This document shows, piece after piece, positions 54,870 through 64,000 of a stretch of DNA of 64,000 bases (positions within the stretch are counted from its first letter, which is position 1; every line of letters starts with the position of its first letter). The DNA is from the human T2T-CHM13v2.0 reference genome, Homo sapiens. The DNA lies in the NCBI RefSeq assembly GCF_009914755.1, contig NC_060932.1; one strand, written 5' to 3'. The notes beneath the pieces were generated by a model. It saw only the letters and a program-made list of their open reading frames with translations, searched no databases and was not told the DNA's origin. Both the position numbers and the translations under genes were made by a program.

Positions 54870-56710
54870 TAGAAATACAAACTATCATCAAAGAATACGA
54901 CAAACACCTCCATGCAAATAAGCTAAAAAAATCTAGAATAAATGGATAAATTCCTGGACACATACACCCTCCCAAGACTAAACCAGGAAGAAGTCAAATC
55001 CATGAATAGACCAATAATAAGTTCTGAAATTGAAGCAGCAATTAATAGCCTACCAACCAAAAACAAAGCCCAGGACCAGACGAATTCACAGCAGAATTCT
55101 ACCAGAAATACAAAGAGGAGCTGGTACCATTCCTTCTGAAACTATTCCAAGCAATTGAAAAGGAAAGACTTCTCCCTAACTCATTTTATGAAACCAGAAT
55201 CATCCTGATAACAAAACCAGGAAGAGACACAACAACAAAAAAAAAAAGTTCAGGCCAATATCCCTGATGAACATTGATGCAAAAATCCTCAGTAAAATAC
55301 TGGCAAACCAAATCCAGCAGCACATCAAAAACTTATCCACCACAATCAAGTCGGCTTCGTCCCTGGGATGCAAGGCTGGTTCAGCATACGCAAGTCAGTT
55401 AACATAATCCATCACATAAATAGAACCAAAACAAAAACCGCATGATTGTCTCAATAGATGCAGAAAAGGCCTTTGATAAAATTCAAAATCATGTTAAAAA
55501 TGCTTCATCTTAAAAACTCTCAACAAACTAGGTATGGACGGAACATATCTTAAAATAATAAGAGCTATTTATGGCAAACCCATAGCCAATGTTATATTGA
55601 ATGGGCAAAAGCTCGAAGCATTCCCTTTGAAAACAGATGCAAGACAAGGATACTTTCTCTCACCACTCCTATTCAATATAGTATTGGAAGTTCTGGCCAG
55701 GGCAATCATGCAAGAGAAAAAAAAAAGGGTATTGAAATAGGAAAACAGGAAGTCAAATTGTCTCTGCATGTGACACAATTTTATATTTAGAAAACCCCAC
55801 CATCTCAACCCAAAAACTTCTCAACTGATAAGCAAATTCAGCAAAGTCTCAGGATACAAAATCAATGTGCAAAAATCAGAAGCATTCCTCTACACCAACA
55901 ATAGACAAGCAGAGAGCCAAATCATGAACAAACTCCCATTCACAATTGCTACAGAGTATAAAATACCTAGGAATACAGCTATCAAGGCATGTTAAGGACC
56001 TCTACAAAAAGAACTACAAACCACTGCTCAAGGAAATAAGAGAGGAGGCAAACAAATAGAAAAACATTCCATCCTCATGGATAGGAAGAATCAATACCGT
56101 GAAAATGACCATACTGCCCAAAATAATTTATAGATTCAACACTATTCCCATCAACTACCACTGACATTCTTCACTGAATTAGAAAAAAACTATTTTAACT
56201 TTCATATGGAATCAAAGAAGACCCAGTATAGCCAAGACAATCCTAACCTAAAAGAACAAAGCTGGAGGCATCACGCTAACTTCAAACTATACTACAAGGC
56301 TTCAGTAACCAAACCACATGATACTGGTAGCAAAACAGACATATAGCCCAATGGAGTAGGACAGAAACCTCAGAAGTAAGACCACACATTTGCAACCCTC
56401 TGATCTTTGACAAGACTGACAAAAACAAGCAATGGGGAAAGGATCTCCTATTCAGTAAATGGTGCTGGGAAAACTGGCTAGCCATATGCAGAAAACAGAA
56501 ACTGAACCTTTCTTGCACATTATACAAAAATTAAGATTGATTAAAAGACTTAAATGTAAAACCCAAACCATAAAAACTCTAGAAGAAAACCTAAGCAATA
56601 TCATTCAGGACACAGGCATAGGCAAAGACTTCATGACAAAAATGCCAAAAGCAATTGCAACAAAAGCCAAAACTGACAAATGGGATCTAATTAAACTAAA
56701 GAGCTTCTGC

Positions 56711-56767
<57 letters not shown>

Positions 56768-57704
56768 TCATCAGAGTGAACAGGCAACCTACAGAATGGG
56801 AGAATATTTTTGCAATATATTCATCTGACGAAGGCCTAATATCCATAATTTACAAGGAACTTAAATTTACAAGCAAAAAACAAACAACCCCATCGAAAAG
56901 TGGGCAAAGTATATGAACAGACACTTGGTCAAAAGAAGACATTTATGCAGCCAACAAACATGAAAAAAGGCTCAACATCACTGATCATCAGAGAAACACA
57001 AATCAAAACCGCAGTGAGGTATCATCTCACACCAGTCAGAATGGCGATTATTAAAAAGTCAGGAAACAATACATGCTGGTGAGGCTGTGGAAAAATAGGA
57101 ACGCTTTTACACTGTTGGTGGTAATATAAATTAATTCAAGCATTGTGAAAGACAGTGTGGCTATTTCTCACGTATCTAGAGCCAGAAATATTATTTGGCC
57201 CAGCAATCCCATTACTGGGTATATACCCAAAGGAATATAAATCATTCTACTATAAAGACACATGCACACGTATGTTTATTACACCACTATTTACAATAGC
57301 AAAGACATGGAACCAACCGAAAGGCCCATCAATGCTAGACTAAAACAAGAAAACGTGGTATATATAACCATGAAATACTATGCAGCCATAAAAAGGAATG
57401 AGATCATGTTCTTTGCAGGGACATGGATGAAGCTGGAAGCCATTATCCTCAGCAAACTAACACAGGAACAGAAAACCAAATACCACATGTACTCACTCAT
57501 ATGTGGAAGCTGACCAATGAGAACACAATGACACAGAGAGGAGAACTTCACACACCAGGGCCTCTTGGGGGTGGGGGATGATGGGAGGGAACTTGGAGGA
57601 CATGTCAATAGGTGCAGCAAACCACCAGGGCACACATATACCTATGTAACAAACCTGCACATTCTGCACATGTATCCCATTTTTTTAGAAGAAATTTTAA
57701 CAAA
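54870..57704 (+). mobile_element. 5'-truncated L1PA8
   Basis: ORF2 RT to 3'UTR ending GTATCCCATTTTTTTAGAAGAAA (L1PA8-type); perfect TSD AAGAACTTAC at 54860-54869 and 57705-57714. Confidence 0.93.
56716..56763 (+). repeat. Pure A48 tract inside L1 ORF2
   Basis: GCACAGC(A)48GCTATCATC, where the other L1 in this window reads GCACAGCAAAGGAAATTATCATC (22561-22583). Confidence 0.95.
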
Positions 57705-58115
57705 AAGAACTTACCTCAAAATTGGAGATAAGTTCCAATATTAATGAATATTTCACTTATTATTTTGAGCTCTGATTGATAATAAACAATATTAATACAT
57801 ACTTAAATAGATTTCTTTTTATGAAATGGTTATCAGTAGACCGAGTTCTGTATAATGTGTTAGAATATTATTAAAATCTGATGAATCTGAAATTACAAAA
57901 GTAAATCCAGCCAAATTTTGTGGATACTTTTGACATAGAAATGTGTTCCTTGTTTTTTTAAGTATATGTCTCTTTATTTTATTCAAGTTAACTTTTTTAA
58001 TATGTAGGAAGAAAATAATTAAAATAAAGAATTTTCATAGAAAGTTAATTATCAAAAAATGGCATTTGATATAGAACACAGTAGTAAAAAACAATAATGT
58101 GTGCTTTAAAACTTT

Positions 58116-58240
58116 TCAGCCCATTACCTAGGTATTAACCCCTGCATGCATTAACAAACCACCATGGCACACGTTTACCTATGTAACAAACCCGCACTTC
58201 CTGCACATGTATCCCAGAACTTAAAATAAAATAAAATAAA
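58116..58240 (+). mobile_element. Tiny L1PA 3' end with 5' inversion
   Basis: 58116-58153 is antisense 3'UTR (CCCATTACCTAGGTATTAACCCCTGCATGCATTA); then sense CAAACCACCATGGCACACG..GAACTTAAAATAAAATAAA. Confidence 0.85.
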
Positions 58241-58690
58241 TTTTTTTTTAAATGTAGTGCACAAGCTTCCAGCCTCTTGTAATGCAGAAATGGAGTGGAA
58301 AGTCAACAAAAGAAATTAGCATCAGTACTAAGGTCAGATCAGCAAAAGCCTCAAGCCTAAATTGATGCTGATTTCAGAAGTTACTGCCCACAGTTTTCTC
58401 AAACCCCTTCGTAAAAGACTATGATTGCTCTCTAAAACTCAGCTGAGTCTGAGATGGGGAGTGAATAGGCTCCAATATCAACATTAGAAGGAGGCAAGGA
58501 TGGAAATCCTTATCCTAGCACATAATATACAAAAGATCTACTGCTTAATCCCCACTTGGCATTTTATTATTAACAAATATGAAGTACCATTTGCAAACCT
58601 GAAGACTCAATTTGCTCAGGACTCCCAGCATTCCAGTCCCAACTCAGGCCCTAAACACAAGACTTTCACCTCTGTTGCTATTTACAACTA

Positions 58691-59029
58691 CAGCCATGTG
58701 CTGCATAATGTTTTGGTCAACAATGGACCATATATATGACAGTGGTCCTGTAAGATTATAATACCATATTTTTTCTGTACCTTTTCTGTTTAGAAATGTT
58801 TAGACACACAAACATTTACCATTGTGTTACAATTGCCTACAATATTCAGCCCAGTAACATGCTATACAGGTTTGTAGTCTAGGAGCAATCAGCTATACCA
58901 TATAGCTTAGGTGTGCAGTACGCTACACCATCTAGATTTTTGAAGTATGCTCTATATTTGCACAAGGATGAAATCTCCTAAGGATACATTTATCAGAATG
59001 TATCCTCATCGTTAAGCAATGCATGACCT
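58691..59029 (-). mobile_element. Tigger3a (MER7A) non-autonomous DNA transposon
   Basis: TIRs CAGCCATGTGCTGCATAA / TTAAGCAATGCATGACCT, TA on both sides, ~340 bp, characteristic internal sequence. Confidence 0.88.
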
Positions 59030-59217
59030 TATTGATAAAGTTAGTGTAATATTCTCTGAAATGAGCAAAGATGCAGGTTGCTAATTTTGAGTTGATCTCA
59101 TGTTTTATTTTGTCTTTCCTTTATGTTCACCAAGTTATTATTTGTGATGCTATCAAATAATAAAGGAGCAGTTTAAGTTGGCTTCATAAAAAAGTTTGAA
59201 TGAAAATTTCATCAGGC

Positions 59218-59449
59218 AGTTTATTATAACTGTGATTTGTGAAAAATGAGCTTATATAATGTAAAAATTGACTATAAGAACTTATCTCAAAATTGGAAGC
59301 TTTTAACTATAATTCACTTGTTTTGAGATCTGATTGATATTAAACAACATTAATACATATTTAAATAGATTTCCTTTTTATCAGTAGACTTGTTTCTGTA
59401 TAACGTGTTAGAATGTTATTAAAATCTCATGATTCTGAAGTCAACAAAA
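59218..59449 (+). repeat. ~230-bp direct duplicate of 54802-54869 + 57715-57900
   Basis: Shared AGTTTATTATAACTGTGATTTGT, ATTGACTATAAGAACTTA, CTCAAAATTGGA, ATTAATACATA.TTAAATAGATTT, GTGTTAGAAT.TTATTAAAATCT. Confidence 0.92.
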
Positions 59450-60599
59450 TGATCATTGTAGCACAATTTTAACACATTATCCCTCTTTCCTATTTTATAT
59501 ATAGTCATGCCATGAGATTGTGTCCCCTTGAAGATATGTTGTATTCCTCTTTATATCCCATCAAAGTACTATCTTTTCCATGTTACACTTATAAAGTGCT
59601 TAAAACTATTAATAGTCTTGCATTGAAAAATCTATTAATCCTGCATATAAATTATTATCTAAATTAGGGGGGATATAGCAAATATACATAGCTATGTCAA
59701 AGATCTTTGTCAGAAAAAAATCTAAATTTAAAAAGCAAATACGTTTTCTGTGTGTAGTTCCAATGCCAATATATAGAGGAGCCAGTGATGGAATTAAAAT
59801 TAATGGACTGACTTTAAAATATCTAACTTCTGACTTCAAGATTTCAGCAGAAGTATAAGAGGAGAAACACTTTAAAAGGTAGGCAAGAAGTGTATAGTAA
59901 TTTTGTTTTTAGGCATAATTCAATTAACTTTAGATTAGAATCATTTAGTAAAAAAAAAAAAATAGACATCACCTTTTCATGTTTATTTAAAAATACATTT
60001 AAGCATTGGTTCCATGACCTGGAGATAAAATATGATTGGAGAAAGCAGAAACATAGTTGTATGTTTGGGTGATGTTAGAATCTTATAATTTAGAAGTTGG
60101 TAATGAGATGTTTATAATAAAACTAAGTAAATGGTTCACATAAACAAAGGGGTTTTTTAAGTTTGTTGTTACTTCTATATATTTAAACCATTAGAAAAAA
60201 TAATATTTCTCTTTAATAAACTTTTTTTTCTGGACCCTTGCTTTGATATATGGTGCATTATATTGTAAGAGACCAATGCTCCAGTCTAGACTATTTTGAA
60301 AATCCAGGCATAGTATTTTAAGAAAAAAAAAAATATGTTTGAAGATTTTGATGAGCTGTCAATGCAATCAGGACTTGATGGGTAATATCTTGTAAAGCAG
60401 CAAATCTAAGAGGTGAGCCTATAGTTCAGATGTCAATTTTCTCTTGAGATAGTTTTCAATTGTAAGTATAATGATTGATCCCAAGAAGAGGGACAGAGAC
60501 ATGTAAATAAGGTCAAGGAAGCAGAAATTTTGGAAATTATATGGGGCTGGAGAAGGAGAAAACAGAGTTAGGGCTATCAAAGCAATCAAGACATATGAA

Positions 60600-62175
60600 C
60601 CAATAGTTAAGAAATGATGTTCAAAGAAGTGAATCTGACATTCGATAATTTTGCTTCTAAGCATTAGATGAATACATAAACTGCACAGAAGAAAAGCTTT
60701 AGAAACTACACAAAATCTTCAGAAGGTTAGTGTTGAATACTATATAATCCCATGCTCTCAAAGACAGAAATAGAAATGTACTTCAGGACCTGCTCAAAAA
60801 GAAGGTAACCTGTAAGCATCATAGCCTTTCATTTGGAATCCCCGGAGAGCTATATCCTGATAGCTGTGGTAAAACAGAGATAAGTGGAAACTATAAAAGT
60901 TCTAATCCAGCCTTAATCAGTTAAATACCCAATGAATTAACGTAATTTCCCCCAAGTCTATCAGCCAACCAGAGGACAGGATAAATCCCCTTTGGAGAAG
61001 ATTACATCATCAAAAACATTCATTATTTATCATACATAAAGTGCAACATTCAACGAAAAATTACTAGGTATACCAAGAAACTGGCATAAACACACACACC
61101 TACCCACATACACACACACATACACACACACACATACACCACACACTACTTACCACATACACACACAAAACAAATACAAACAACTACAAAAACAAGACAA
61201 TAAAAACAGGCTTAAATTCAGAACTTATGAAATTTGAAATAGCTGTGATAAAAATGCTCAAAAAATATAAAATAGTAGGTCAAAAATTTCACCAAAAACT
61301 GAAATATATATAAAATAATCAAATGGATTATCTAAAATAATAAAATTAAATTGTTAACTTAAGGTAGATTTAGTAGAAGATGTGGCACAGTGGAGAAGAG
61401 AATTAAACAACCGTGAAATATTTGGAGTAAAGTATCCAGGATGATGCTCAAAAAGAAAAAATATGCATAAGAGAGCATCTGAAACAAAATGTGTAATTGG
61501 AGTCTCAGAAGAAAAGCAGGGAGAAAATAAGGCAGAAAGTAGAAACTATATTTAAATAAATACTGGCTTAGAATTTTAAAACATGATGAAAATATGAAGC
61601 TATATGTTCAATAACTTGTGTAAACCTGAAAAACAAAACCAAAGAATTTAGAAAGCAGATAGGGGAGATGAATACATTTTAAAAGCAGGTAGAGGGATAA
61701 AAATGCATTATCTTTAAAGCAGCAACAATAAGACCTGTAGCTGACTTGATCACAGCTCACTGCAGCCTCTACCTCCTGGACTCAGCTAATCCTCCCACCT
61801 CAGCCTCCCAATTAGCTGGTACTACAGGTGCACACCACAATGCCCAGCTAATTTCTGTCTTTTTTTTTTTTTGTAGAGATGGGGTTTTGCCATGTTGTCC
61901 AGCTTGGTTTCAAACTCCTGCGCTGAAGGGATTCATCCACTTCAGCCTCCCAAAGTGCTGGGATTACAGGCATGTGCCATGGGTTCCAGCCAAGTAACTG
62001 ACTTTCAAGAGTAATGATGTAAAATAGTAATAGACCATACTATTGTAAAGAATAAATGGATAAAATATTCCAATTAAAACATCATCACATGGATAAAAAG
62101 ATTTTTTAAAAGGCATGTTTGAAAACACTAGACAAAAGAAACCTGGTGCAATTTATTCCCTATTAGACAATGTTG
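60600..62175 (+). mobile_element. Highly decayed L1M 5'/ORF1-to-endonuclease fragment
   Basis: A-rich with AAAATTACTAGG, AATAGCTGTGATAAAAATGCTCAA, TAATTGGAGTCTCAGAAG, TATTAGACAATGTTGATTT; contains (CA)n ~61090-61170. Confidence 0.55.
61748..61991 (-). mobile_element. AluJ-like element lacking its 3' end and A tail
   Basis: Begins abruptly at GATCACAGCTCACTGCAGCC; intact Alu 5' end at 61991; flanked by GTAGCTGACTT / GTAACTGACTT. Confidence 0.9.
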
Positions 62176-62494
62176 ATTTAAAGGCTTGATGCATAATGCC
62201 TGATACCTGCTAAAACAAAACTAAATTATTGCTTTTTGTAATATATAGTTGGTTTTTCTGTCATCAAATCAAATCAGTCAGAATTATATTACTAGCTAAG
62301 TTTTGACAGAACTTTTTCGGCTTCTGAGTCATGGTATAACAGAAGTCTAGAAAGTAGCACTTAAAGACTGATATACTTAAATTATTGAGAAATTTAGAAT
62401 GATATCTTCATTTGTTTTCAGTTTATTGGATTTAGGGCATATCTCAGTGTAATGTAACTTTTCTAAATAATGTTATTGCACTAGTTGTTAATTC

Positions 62495-62592
62495 GGTACA
62501 GAAAGTAGCTAAGAACACAAGTTGTGAAACAAGAGACATATTTAGAGTCCAGACCGCTATTTGTCCTTGCAACCTTGGCAAATTAGCTATCT
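62495..62592 (+). mobile_element. MIR 5' fragment
   Basis: GTAGCTAAGAACACAAG..GAGTCCAGACC..CCTTGGCAAATTA. Confidence 0.45.
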
Positions 62593-63206
62593 ACTGGAAG
62601 CTGTGGAGAATGTTAGCGTTCCAGGTAGTCTAGAAGAGGGTTCTGGCCACTAAGTGGGCATGTCCCATTAGCTTGCTAAACTTTTGTCCTGGTAGGGAGA
62701 GGTGATGCTTCAAGACATAATGGAGGGTTTCTCTAAAGCAGTTGATCAAGGCAAGTTGTTCCCTGGCCTAAGGTGGTGCTGTTTATTTAGAGCTTGTTAG
62801 GTTTTAATATTTCATGTTTATCATGTACCTTTTATTTTTGATAGCCCGGGGACAATTTCTGACCATTTAGAAATGATTACACTGGTGCTAACAAGAAGCA
62901 GATAAAGATATAGATGAATTTTTGAGATGTTACAAAAATGATTTTCATTTCTTTAGATGTGCTGCAAGCACTGCTATCATAGCATATCTCCAAACATTTG
63001 ATGTGATTGTTTAATACTGTAGGGAAATAATATTTAAAGTATTGTAATAGCAAATATACCTGTATTACCACCATACTATTAACAGGAGCAGCACATGCCC
63101 CATAGTAGACATTTATGCTTACAGAGAGTTTTCCTGAATTAATCCAGAGTGATGACAAGTTTAAAATTCCAGGAGCTTTTTAGTTTAAATAAATATGACA
63201 TTAAAA

Positions 63207-63326
63207 TGAGGCAGGAGAATCGCTTGAACCCAGGAGGCAAAGATTGCAGTGAGCCAAGTTTGCACCACTGCACTCCAGCCCGGGCAACAGTGCAAGACTC
63301 TGTCTCAAAAAAAAAAAAAAAAAAAA
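63207..63326 (+). mobile_element. 5'-truncated Alu (end of right arm)
   Basis: TGAGGCAGGAGAATCGCTTGAACCC..GACTCTGTCTC plus A tail. Confidence 0.92.
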
Positions 63327-63609
63327 GACAACATATGAAGAAATATTTTATTCAAATGGAGATGGCAAGATTATTCTGTCAGTGGCTTTATTTTGCCAGC
63401 ATTTAATGATACAATCAACACTCAATTTTCTGTAAGAACTTTTAATCATTTCAGTTAACCTGAGCTACATTTTGTATTTACTTTGTTTTTATCATTGTTA
63501 TTGAATTTCATTGAAATTCCTTTTTGACTTTTATCCAACTTTGGCTCATGCTGGTTTTTAGCCCCGCACTAAGGCATGCCATTGCACACTTTAAAAACTC
63601 CCCAAATAG

Positions 63610-63998
<389 letters not shown>

Positions 63999-64000
63999 GA

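Noticed and set aside
62600-62860. Slightly GC-richer segment as LTR or exon
   Set aside because: No recognisable termini, family motif or reading frame

Overview
AT-rich, repeat-saturated primate genomic DNA, most likely human or another hominoid given the AluY and L1PA2-type insertions. No intact protein-coding gene, intact RNA gene or prokaryote-type system is supported. The ORFs in the track are broken L1 ORF1/ORF2, ERV-L gag/pol or Alu translations, or chance ORFs. The window is a nested stack of transposons. It starts with an LTR16/HERV16-type provirus (+) interrupted by L1PB, AluY, a solo MLT2 and an MLT2-flanked ERV-L provirus (-). It also holds MER4, LTR40, LTR37-like and MLT1 LTRs, a full-length L1PA8-group element, a near full-length L1MC inside an MLT1 provirus, an L1MA2-like element splitting a MIR, and Tigger3a. 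The most interesting items are small. (i) A tailless retrocopy of the 5' half of initiator tRNA-Met at 37236-37273. (ii) A ~165-bp GC-rich, codon-biased, mRNA-like fragment captured inside an L1 with no tail at 49767-49931. (iii) A ~150-bp-arm fold-back palindrome at 42254-42569. (iv) A local duplication that preserves the empty site of an L1 insertion. (v) Three twin-primed L1 inversions. (vi) A MaLR/ERV-L fusion junction. Subfamily names come from recalled consensus sequences, not a search, and should be confirmed with RepeatMasker/Dfam. I found no evidence of a new multi-gene biological system.
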